NCBI GenBank assembly: GCA_963717525.1
Contig: OY970343.1
Span: 864,001 to 928,000, forward strand
Length of the DNA: 64,000 nucleotides
Source of the DNA: an uncultured Methanoregulaceae archaeon
GTDB taxonomy: Archaea > Halobacteriota > Methanomicrobia > Methanomicrobiales > Methanospirillaceae
Reading direction: 5' to 3'
In this document: one piece after another, positions 21,927 through 31,500 of the stretch
Layout of the letters: the number at the start of each line of letters is the position of its first letter
Numbering within the stretch: the first letter of the stretch is position 1
The notes under the pieces: generated by a model
Told to the model about the DNA's origin: nothing
The model's input: only the letters and a program-made list of their open reading frames with translations
Databases searched by the model: none
Program-made: the position numbers and the translations under genes

Positions 21927-23835
21927 ATGCGTACCGTTACCTTCTTTCCCAGTTACCGTAAGATCGATGCCCCCCGCGGGACGACCATCCTTGACGCCGC
22001 CCAGCGTGCCGGGATCAACATGAACGTCGTCTGCGGCGGAGTAGGTAAATGCGGGAAATGCGTGGTTTTTGTCCAGTCCGGCAAAGACCGAGTTCGACCG
22101 GCAGAAGTTCGGGCGGTTCTTTACTGAGGAGGAACTGAAAAAAGGCGCCTGTCTTGCCTGTGTGACCACGATCCAGGGGGATCTGCAGGTTTTTATCCCC
22201 GAGAGCACCCTGATCCAGGAACAGAAGATCCTGATCGACGGGATAGATACGGAGATTGAGTTCCACCCGTCCGTGAAAAAATATTACGTGGAACTCCAGC
22301 CACCGACCCTTGCCGATCCGTCCCCGGATCTTTCGCGCCTGCTCTGGGGGATCCAGAAGAAAGGCGGGCCAGTCGCGGAGAAAATGTACGCACCTCTCGA
22401 AGTGATGCGCGAGATCCCCGCCCTGCTCAGGCACAGCGACTGGAAGGTGACCGGGACCATAGCCCTTGTACCCGGGGGCTACCGGCTTATCGATCTTCAG
22501 GAAAACGATACTTCGCAACGGCTCTACGGTGCCGCAGTCGACCTTGGTTCCACTACGGTCGTCGCGTACCTCTGGGACCTCATATCGGGAAAAGTGGCCG
22601 CGGTTGCCTCCAACTACAACCGGCAGATCAGCTGTGGCGAGGACATCCTTGCCCGGGTCAACTATGCCCAGAAGAACGGGATCGAGAAACTCCGTACACT
22701 TGGTGTCGAGAGCATCAATGCGGCGCTGACCTCGGCCTCCAACGCTGCCGGGATCGACCGGGAGGATATCTATGAAGTCGTGGTTGCAGGCAACACGGTG
22801 ATGACACACATGCTGCTGGGCATCGACCCGGCGTATATTATCAAGGAGCCTTATGTCCCGGTGGTGCAGCGGGCGCTCTCGGTAGCCGCTGCACGGATTG
22901 GGATCACCTGCAACGACAACTGCGGGCTCTTTGCTTTCCCGGCCGTCAGTGATTTTATAGGTGGCGATATCATCGCAGATATCCTTGCCTGCGGCATGAG
23001 CGAGAAAGAGGAGATCTCACTTCTTATCGATATCGGGACAAATTTCGAGGTCGTCCTTGGCAACCGGGACTGGATGTTTTCCTGCGCAGGAGCGGCAGGG
23101 CCGGCGCTGGAAGGCGGGGAAGTCCTCTTTGGCATGCGGGCAAACCCCGGTGCGATCGACAAGATCACCATCGATCCGGCAACGCTGGAACCGGTCTTTT
23201 CCACCATCAACGGGATCAAACCCAAGGGTCTTACCGGCTCCGGTCTGATCGACATCCTTGCCGAGCTGCTCTCTGCCGGTGTCATTGACAGGACCGGGCG
23301 GATCAATACGGAGAGCACTAACCCCCGGATCCGAACCGGCGCACATTTCCCGGAGTACGTGATCGCATGGGCTGGAGAGACCGATATTGGAAAAGACATC
23401 GTAATCACGGAAAACGATATCAAGAACCTGATCATGAGCAAGGCATCCATCCACGCAGCCTGCGTAACCCTCATGAAAGAGGCCGGGGTCACGAGGTTTG
23501 ATATCGCTACCATCTACTTTGCCGGTGCGTTTGGCAACTATACCAATAAAAGGAACGCGACGATCGTCGGTCTGATTCCAGAGATCGATCTCGACCGGAT
23601 AAAAAACATAGGAAACGGTGCCGTGGCGGGTGCAAATCTTGCGCTCATCAACCGGAGGAAGAGAAAACTTCTGGATGGCATCGCAGGCCGGATCGCGTAC
23701 ATCGAGCTCAACGCAGAGCCCTCCTTCATGGATGAGTACACCTCGAGCGCGTTCCTCCCGCACACGGATCTCTCGCTCTTCCCCCGGGTCCAGACGCTCC
23801 TCGATTCCCTGCGCGAGAAAAAAGAGGTATCCTGA
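21927..23835 (+). CDS. Reductive activator of corrinoid protein (RACo/AcsV; 2Fe-2S plus ASKHA ATPase) (frameshift ~22085)
   Basis: CGGVGKCGKC..LAC ferredoxin domain; DLGSTT, GEDILAR, GNTVM, DIGTN, AGPALEG, GSGLID, AGAFG. Confidence 0.92.
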
Positions 23836-24875
23836 TGTCAAAAATGATCCCGGCCCCGTATTCCCGTGCCACCGGCATCGGCGCACTCCCGCACACCGAC
23901 CCGGTGCTCGCGTGCGATGACGTTCTCGATGTGTTCCCCGACTTTCCCTATGCACCGACACTCCCGGATCGCGGGCTTCTCGAAAGTATTGTCTTCAACG
24001 ATTCCGCTCAGCTCCCGGGCCGGCTCATCAGGGAGGGCCGGCTGCTCTACGACAGCACCCGGGACAACACCTCCGCGATGGAGCAGGTGTACCTGGATTT
24101 TGTCGAGGAGAATTTTTTACCGTACAGCCTTGATGCCGCACACGCCTCTGCATTTACTGAGATGATGACCCGGCAGTTCCCGAAAGCGCAGGTACTCAAG
24201 TGCCAGGTGACCGGGCCGGTCACTTTCGGGATGCAGGTCGTGGATGCAGAAAAAAGGCCGATCTACTACGATGCCCAGCTGGCCGATGTCCTCTCGAAGA
24301 TGATCGCACTCAAGGCACGGTGGTGCGAACATGAGATGCAGGCAAGGACCGGGATCAAAGAGACCCTTGTTCTTCTCAACGAACCCTATTTTGCATCGCT
24401 TGGATCCTCGGTCGTACCACTCGACCGGGCGACCGTAAAAACCGGCTGGCAGGATATTGCGTCCCTCGTCAGGGGAGGGCTTGGCATCCACTGCTGCTCG
24501 AACACAGACTGGGGTTTTGTCATCGGTCTCGATCCCTCGGTAATCTCCCTTGACGCCTATACGACCGCAACAGAATTCCTCCTTTATGCCGACGCGATCG
24601 GGGCGTACATGGAACGGGGAGGGGTGGTTGCATGGGGGATCGTCCCTGCCGAATACAAGATCTTTTCTGGAGAAACTGTCGATTCGCTCTATGCACGGTA
24701 CTGCGCAATACGCACCCAGATCACAAAACGGATCCCGGTTGAACTTTTCGATGCCCGTTCTTTAATCACGCCCAGCTGCGGGATCCGGTTTGCGGACCGG
24801 AACGGTGCAGGAGAGATCCAGCGGGCTGCATCCGAGATCTCAAAGAGGATCCGAAAAGAGGCAAAACTTCCCTGA
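23835..24875 (+). CDS. Core (folate-independent, corrinoid-dependent) methionine synthase, MesB-like
   Basis: Single MetE-type barrel, 346 aa: ATGIGALPH.DP, P..PTLP, KCQVTGPVT, NEP, Zn ligands GIHCC and ITPSCG, AWGIVP; start overlaps the RACo stop. Confidence 0.8.
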   Translation: MSKMIPAPYSRATGIGALPHTDPVLACDDVLDVFPDFPYAPTLPDRGLLESIVFNDSAQLPGRLIREGRLLYDSTRDNTSAMEQVYLDFVEENFLPYSLDAAHASAFTEMMTRQFPKAQVLKCQVTGPVTFGMQVVDAEKRPIYYDAQLADVLSKMIALKARWCEHEMQARTGIKETLVLLNEPYFASLGSSVVPLDRATVKTGWQDIASLVRGGLGIHCCSNTDWGFVIGLDPSVISLDAYTTATEFLLYADAIGAYMERGGVVAWGIVPAEYKIFSGETVDSLYARYCAIRTQITKRIPVELFDARSLITPSCGIRFADRNGAGEIQRAASEISKRIRKEAKLP

Positions 24876-24897
24876 AAGGAGTGTAGGATCTGGCACC

Positions 24898-25668
24898 ATG
24901 ACCATGCGCCCGTTTACCATTGCGCTCTCCGGAAAAGGCGGGACCGGGAAGACCACGGTGAGTTCCCTTCTTGTCCGGTCCTTCATCGATGCCGGCGAGA
25001 TTCCGGTCCTTGCCGTTGATGCTGACCCGAACGCGAACTTCCACGAGGCCCTTGGTGTTGAAGTGAAAGAGACACTGGGCAGCATGAGGGAAGAGGCTTT
25101 TTCCCGGAATATCCCGCCGGGCATGAACCGGCATGATTATGTACGATTCCGGTTCCGGCAGGCACTAGTGGAGGCAAACGGGTTTGATCTCGTCGCAATG
25201 GGCCGTCCAGAAGGGACCGGCTGTTACTGTTTTGCAAACGATCTCCTCTCGGAATGCATGCAACAGCTCGAACGAGAGTACCGCTTTCTCGTGATCGACA
25301 CCGAGGCCGGCATGGAGCATATCAGCCGGGGCACGATAGGAAAACCGGATGTGCTTTTGATCGTGAGCGACCCCGGGGCACGGGGGCTCCGGACGATCGC
25401 ACGGATCCGGGAGATCGCCACCCAGCTCGGGCTTGAGCGGAAAAAGATCCATGTGGTATTCAACCGGTTCAAGACCGGGGCTGCACCGGTGGATATTGGT
25501 GACGAAATCCCGATTGCGATTATTCCGGAAGACCCTGCGGTCGAAGCGGCGGATCTTGCGGCAACCCCGGTTTCGCAGATACCGGAATCCAGCCCGGCCC
25601 GGCGTGAAGTCCGGGTCCTTGCAGAAAAACTGATAAAAATGGCACGCGAGGACTCAGTGAACAAATAA
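24898..25668 (+). CDS. cooC: CooC/AcsF-type nickel-insertion ATPase
   Basis: GKGGTGKT, DADPN, GCYC, DTEAGMEHISRG. Confidence 0.9.
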   Translation: MTMRPFTIALSGKGGTGKTTVSSLLVRSFIDAGEIPVLAVDADPNANFHEALGVEVKETLGSMREEAFSRNIPPGMNRHDYVRFRFRQALVEANGFDLVAMGRPEGTGCYCFANDLLSECMQQLEREYRFLVIDTEAGMEHISRGTIGKPDVLLIVSDPGARGLRTIARIREIATQLGLERKKIHVVFNRFKTGAAPVDIGDEIPIAIIPEDPAVEAADLAATPVSQIPESSPARREVRVLAEKLIKMAREDSVNK

Positions 25669-25864
25669 ACACAGGAAATGCACTAGCTACACCTGTTAAT
25701 TTTGCTCCGTCGCCAGGAAATCGGTAAAATCCTATTGATGCCTTCCCGCAGCGAGCGCCACTCCGGGGCATGGCAGGCAAGTGAGTAAACGGGTATCCTC
25801 TTCTCTCATTGTGCCAGCTCTTTTACATTACCCGTTTTCACCCTAGGATCCCGGTAAGTGCGTA

Positions 25865-26093
25865 GCGCAAAACCCGACGAGGCGTTTTGCGCGTCGGGCA
25901 TCATTTAATTCACAAAGCTCCTAAAAACTCCTGTTGGGATTCCACCCCCTCCCTGCCCCGCAGGGAGTTGCACGGGCGCTTTTTCGTGCCTCTTGCTAAG
26001 CGCCGGTCTGGGGTTCTTGATCCGCCGCGGGGGTGCCCCTTCGGGGGCGGCGGCAATCCTCGTTCGAGGGGGTGTGGGGGCGAAAGCCCCCAC
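25865..26093 (+). other. GC-rich multi-hairpin element (structured ncRNA or REP/MITE-like)
   Basis: GCGCAAAAC/GTTTTGCGC (25865-25892); GCCCC-TTCG-GGGGC (26035-26048); CCTC-GTTC-GAGG (26058-26069); GTGGGGGC-GAAA-GCCCCCAC (26074-26093). Confidence 0.55.
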
Positions 26094-26276
26094 GGTATCC
26101 CCTCCACACAACCCGGATCATCCGGCCCGATCCGAAGATTTCCGGAAAAGTCCGCATCACGAACCGGAGATTCCGGAAAATGTCCGGCTCAGCTGCACTG
26201 AGATTCTCAGAAAAGGCCGGTCCGCGACCAGGCAATTTCCAAAAAAATTGGTCGTCCCCTACCCCCCATGGTACGG

Positions 26277-26509
26277 TCCGCAAAAAAACCGATCGGACCG
26301 ATCGATCTCAAAACCGGTCAGGGCGGCCTCTTTTATTCCAGTGCCACAACATGCGCTTCCACTGGAGTTCCTGACGAGACGGGATGGTCGGTCCGGCCAA
26401 TTTCAAAATTGATCGGGGCGATCATCAGCGCCCACGGATCAGGAAGTAGCCCCCCTCCCCCCGCTTTGTGCTCCGCAAAAAAAAATGATCGGACCGATCG
26501 ATCTCAAAA
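26277..26509. repeat. Two ~37-bp direct repeats containing palindrome GATCGG-A-CCGATC
   Basis: TCCGCAAAAAAA..GATCGGACCGATCGATCTCAAAA at 26277-26313 and 26472-26509. Confidence 0.8.
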
Positions 26510-26708
26510 TCGATCAACCCAACCACCCTTGTCCGCAAAAACTGGGGGTACCCCCATGATCATTTCCGGAAAAACCTTAACTCAGCCGCTTGAAGTTTTA
26601 CAAAAAAACGACCGGGTCACGATCTTCAAGGATTCCGGGAAATAGTCGGCATATCTGCCAAGGATTCCAAAAAACAAGGTGCGGGACAAATTCCCACGAG
26701 GGTAAAGA

Positions 26709-27251
26709 CTAGAGAAAGACCGCAACCGCAATCACAGTCGTCCAGAGGCCGTTCTTGTCACCCTGCGCCGACTGGCAGACATGTTTTGTCCTGATGATCT
26801 TGCCACTTGCCTTGTAGGTCTGTTCGCGTTCCTGCCAGGCAGCATTGGCATCGAACTCGATGCCCAGCGTGGTCGCAAGCATCGTCGCCGCAAGATCCTC
26901 GGCATATTCCCCGGTCCGTTCCTGAGTCTCGCCATAGGCATGATGCTCGGAGAGGTAGCCGTACTCTTCCACATCCTTGGGGAGGGCGAGCCCGACCGCG
27001 GCTGAGACCAGCCGGTTGGGTTCGTTTGTCTCGTTCCTTGCCATCACGCAGAACGTGATGCCGCCGGACTGAAGTTCACGCAGGCCGGTGCGGGAGGGGA
27101 TCTGTTTGCATTTGGGAGGGAAAATGCTCGACACGTAAACAAGGTTGCATTTTTCGATACCGGCTTTGCGCAGCGCCAGCTCGAACGACGCAAGTCGATC
27201 TTTATGAATTCCCACCCCCTTGGTGAAAAAGATCCTCGATGGAACAAACAT
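26709..27251 (-). CDS. pdaD: Pyruvoyl-dependent arginine decarboxylase
   Basis: [30 protein letters not shown] (Ser-Ser cleavage site), GYLSEHH. Confidence 0.93.
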   Translation of the reverse strand: MFVPSRIFFTKGVGIHKDRLASFELALRKAGIEKCNLVYVSSIFPPKCKQIPSRTGLRELQSGGITFCVMARNETNEPNRLVSAAVGLALPKDVEEYGYLSEHHAYGETQERTGEYAEDLAATMLATTLGIEFDANAAWQEREQTYKASGKIIRTKHVCQSAQGDKNGLWTTVIAVAVFL

Positions 27252-27335
27252 AATTTTTATAGAACCTGTGGCTTTTTTAATTTTTGGTCAGGATTTTGTT
27301 CAACCGGGCCTTAATTTTCCCCGATCCAGGGTTTA

Positions 27336-28061
27336 TTACGGCCCGGTACGGGAAAGGGCGACCGGGATGTCCGCAACGATAGAAAGGAGTGCATCCATGC
27401 AGTCGATCACAAAATCGGCCCCGATAGGATCCCGGGTCTTGGAGAACCGGTCCCTGTACCGCGCATACACCGTGCGGATACCCAGGTGTTTACAGGGCTC
27501 GATATCCCTCCGCGGGCTGTCGCCGATAAAGAGGGCCTCCTCCGGTCGGGCGCTGACCGCGTCCAGGGCCGCAAGGAACGGGTCGGGGGCCGGTTTTTTT
27601 ACCCCGACCTTATCATACGTCATCATACAGTCAAAGAAGGAGGCAAGGCCGCATTTTTCAAGCCGGAGCGTGGCGTCGGTATGCTCTGCATCGGTCACGA
27701 CCGCCATCGCATATCCCCGTTTCCGTATCGCTGCAAGCGTCTTTCTTACCCCCGGGTAGGGCGTGATGTAACGGAGTTTCTCGCGTGCATAGATCCGGCA
27801 GGCCTGCTCGAACATGCCATTTATCGGGATCCTGCGTTCCTCCATGTATTGCCGGATATTTTCGGTCGATTCAAAACCATGGGAGCCGGTGAGAAAATAC
27901 AAAAACAGTTCATCGCCATCATTATGGCCGAGGTGGTGCGCTACGCTGTCACATGCGGCAACCTGCGCCCCCACAAGGTCAAAGAGCGTGTTATCCATGT
28001 CAAATAAGATTGCACGGGCGGACCTCGTGCAAGGATCACCCCGGGGAAACTCCTGGTTCAC
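27336..28061 (-). CDS. HAD-superfamily hydrolase
   Basis: LFDMDNTL, VVTD, KKPAP, FIGDSPRRDI; start uncertain (GTG 28061 chosen). Confidence 0.85.
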   Translation of the reverse strand: MNQEFPRGDPCTRSARAILFDMDNTLFDLVGAQVAACDSVAHHLGHNDGDELFLYFLTGSHGFESTENIRQYMEERRIPINGMFEQACRIYAREKLRYITPYPGVRKTLAAIRKRGYAMAVVTDAEHTDATLRLEKCGLASFFDCMMTYDKVGVKKPAPDPFLAALDAVSARPEEALFIGDSPRRDIEPCKHLGIRTVYARYRDRFSKTRDPIGADFVIDCMDALLSIVADIPVALSRTGP

Positions 28062-28182
28062 GCAGAGTACATCAGTGCCGGTACACCAAAATAGGATCGA
28101 TAGGGGTACCAGGAGAGGCATCCGGCTCATCCCTTAACCTGTCGTACCTGCCCCATATCTCCCGGGGATCCGGCTCTCGCGA

Positions 28183-28377
28183 TTATTTCCCGGAGATGAT
28201 GGTATGTGCTTTCGGATCGACCTTGTAGGACTTCGGGTGGTCGAGAAGATCGAGCGCGTTGATCCTCATATCGATGAGTTCCGAGTAATTGAACGACTCG
28301 TATTTCTTCTCGCCCTCCTCTTCCCAGAAGACGACGATCCCGTTCTCCATCTTCCTGCTGCTGACAACGTTATGCAT
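28183..28377 (-). CDS. Small hypothetical protein (64 aa)
   Basis: ATG start, globular-looking composition (FNYSELIDMRINALDLL), co-oriented with neighbours. Confidence 0.65.
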   Translation of the reverse strand: MHNVVSSRKMENGIVVFWEEEGEKKYESFNYSELIDMRINALDLLDHPKSYKVDPKAHTIISGK

Positions 28378-28554
28378 AGTACCCGATCCGGAACGGGAGA
28401 TAATGAATATTACTACATTTTTCCTATGGGATGGCCTTCGAATGTGCAGTTTGATAGCCAGTCAGATCAGAGAGACGACGGGGATTATGTTGATCCAATG
28501 GGTTCTAAAAACGTCTGCAGAGAAGGTCAACCTAGAGAACCCAGTACCGGGTCT

Positions 28555-31500
28555 TCACTGCGCTTTTTCGTAACAGATCTTTGCATCCTCATGTTTACCC
28601 AGTCTGTCCAGCGTTGCACCAACGTCAGTCCATACCTCCCTTCGCGAAGGGTCTATCTCAAGGGCACGTTTGAAGGAGGTCAGAGCTTCAGGATATTTCT
28701 CCAGTTCCTGCAGGGCACGCCCCTGGTGGATCCATGCATCTACAAAATCCGGTTGCAGTGAGATCATGGCCCTGAAAGATTCCGCCGCATCCTCGTACTG
28801 CCCGAGCGCCTCAAAAGCGCTGCCCCGGGTGAAGTACGCAATCGAAAACGAGGGGTCGATTCCAAGGGCCCGGTCATAGGATTCGATAGCGGTCTTGTGG
28901 TCCTGCAGGCCGGCAAAGGTCATCCCCCGGCGGGTCCAGCCAACCGCATTCTCCGGGTCAAGCCTCAGTCCTTCATCATACGCATCGCGTGCCTCAGCGA
29001 ATTTCCCGAGATCGTAGAGGACATTTCCTTTGCCAAACCAGGCTGCAGCAAGGCCCGGGTTCTTTTCGAGCGCTTTCTCGAATGCATCCAGCGCATCACG
29101 GTACATACCAAGTTCAGCAAGGGAGGCCCCCTTGTGTGAGAATGCGTCGGCACCATGAGTGTCGAGTTCCAGTGCTTGGTCGTAGGATTTGATCGCTTCG
29201 CGATACTGTTCGATCGCCGCATAAGCAAGGCCCCGGTCCCGATAGATCTCGGCTGAATTTGGTTTTACGGCAATTGCGCGGTCGTACTCAGTGATGGCCG
29301 CATCATAACTGCCTTCGTCGTAGAGCGTCCTTGCCTTCCAGTAATGCGCCTGGTAACACGACGGATTGACTTCAAGTGCACGATCGAATGCCCGGATAGC
29401 CCCGTCAGGATTCTGGAGCGCAATATAGGCCCTCCCCTTCTGGAAGATGGCATCGGCATAGCCGGGACTTGTGGATAATGCCTGGTCATAGACCGCAAGC
29501 GCTTCCTTGAACTTTTCCAGGTGGAAAAGGGCTCGTCCCTTCTCATAGAGGGCCTCAGGGGAATCGCTCTTGATCTTCAGTGCTGAATCGAACGATGCCA
29601 CTGCCTCCTCGTATTGTCCCCGACGTGCAAGAGCGACCCCTTTGTAATGATATGCCTCTGCGTATTGACGGTTGATCGCAAGTGCACGGTTGAATGCATC
29701 GACTGCCTCATCATCCTGTTTTCGCTTCAGGAGGGCAAGTCCCTTAAAGTAGAACGCGTCTGCCGATTCCGGCTGGAGGGCAATCACCTTCTCAAACGCA
29801 GCGAGTGCCTCCCCGGTCCGTTCGAGGTGGACCAGCGCTCTTCCCTGGTTGAGAAGCGCAGGTGCATAGGAGGGATTGAAAGCAAGGGCGCGGCTATAGC
29901 AGTCAAGTGCTTCGTCATACCGGTCCAGGTTCGCCTCGGCTATTCCCCGGTAGAGCCAGGCTTCGGGATAGTCAGCCTGTTCTCTGATCGCCTGGTCGAA
30001 TGCCGTAATCGCCTCATGGTACATGGCGACACCGCACAGTGCCCGGCCCTTTGCGTAGAATGCCTTGGCACATTTCGGATGCTGGACAAGCGCTGCATCG
30101 AAGTTCTTGATTGCTTCCTGGTAACGGCCCAGTGCAGAAAATGAGAGCCCGGATTGGTAATAGGCACGTGCATCCTTTTTGTCAAGGCTGGTTGCCTTGG
30201 TAAAGCACGCGATGGCGTCTTTGTGACGGTCAAGTGCTGCGAGGGCCATCCCTTTCCCGGTCCAGACATAGGCATAGTTTGGCCGGAGCCGGAGCGCCAG
30301 ATCAAAGGCGGCGGCCGCATCCCCGGGTTTCTGGAGCCGGAGGAGTGCCATCCCCTTATGGTAAAGCGCTTCGTCATGCTTGTGGTGCAGTGCAAGCGTG
30401 CTGTCGTACGCAATGACGGCCTCGCTGAACATGGCCAATTCGAAGAGCGTCCGTCCCTTATAATAGTACGCTTCGACAAAATCCGGTTTTATTTCGAGCG
30501 CCCGGTCGAACGCCGCAACCGCCTCCTCAAAGGTGTTGAGTGCAAGAAGCGCCCGTCCCATCAGGTACCAGGCATCGGCATTTCTGGGATCGATCTCCAA
30601 TATTTTCTTGTACGATCCAATGGCATCGTTGTACCTGCCAAGGTCGAAAAGGACCATTCCCCTGTTGAGCCATCCCGGTACAGACCCGGGATCTGACTGG
30701 ATAACGTGATCGAATGCCTCAATCGCCGTATCGAGTTTTCCGGTTGCGGCAAGAGAGATGCCTTTGCGGTAGAATGCCTCAGTGTTGCCGGCATCGAGAT
30801 CGATGTCTTTGTTGAAGGCAAGGATTGCTTCATCATGTCTTCCCAGCTCAGCAAGAGCAAGTCCTTTGTGGAAATAAACCCCCGCATAATTCTTATCGAT
30901 GAGCAGGGTCTTGTCGAAGGTCTTAACCGCCTCACGGAACATCCCGAGCGCAGCAAGAGCCTTCCCCTTCTCGAAGAGCGCGTCGGAAAAGACGGGATCG
31001 ATCTCCAGTGACGCGTCAAATGCTTTTGCCGCATCTTCGGTACGTCCATCATGCGCAAGGGCTGCACCCTGGTAAAAATGAGTCTTTGCATCGGATGGCC
31101 GCAGAGCAAGGGCCGCGGAATAGCAGATTATTGCCTCCCGGTACCGGCCGAGCCTGTCGAGCGAGCGGGCTTTCTGGAACTGCGCGTCGAAATGCTCTGG
31201 CACGAGGTGGAGAACCTGATCGAACGCGGCAATTGCGTCATCAAAGTGCCGGAGCCGGGTCAGTACACAACCCTGTTCGAACCATGCGTCAGCATTTTCC
31301 GGGGTATATACGAGAAGACGCTCAAATGCGTCTGCTGCCTCCCCATACCGTTCCAGTGCGGCAAGCGAGGCGGCCCGGAAGTAAAGGGCGCCGGGGTTCT
31401 TTGGATCACCGGCAAGGGCGATATCGAGCGCCGCAACAGCATCCCCGTATTTCCCGGCATAGAAAAGTGTTCTCCCACGTTCGAAATTCGCTACCGGATC

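Noticed and set aside
19791..22208. 805-aa antisense ORF and other long shadow ORFs (6693-7721, 11899-12834, 23017-23961, 57817-58992)
   Set aside because: They lie opposite well-supported genes, show no motifs and are expected from GC-rich codon bias.
26277..26509. Possible CRISPR mini-array
   Set aside because: Only two copies, separated by ~158 nt, with no cas genes and no spacer-length regularity.
25887..26645. Overlapping short ORFs in the cooC-pdaD gap
   Set aside because: Pro/Arg/Gly-rich translations of hairpins and repeats with no protein features.
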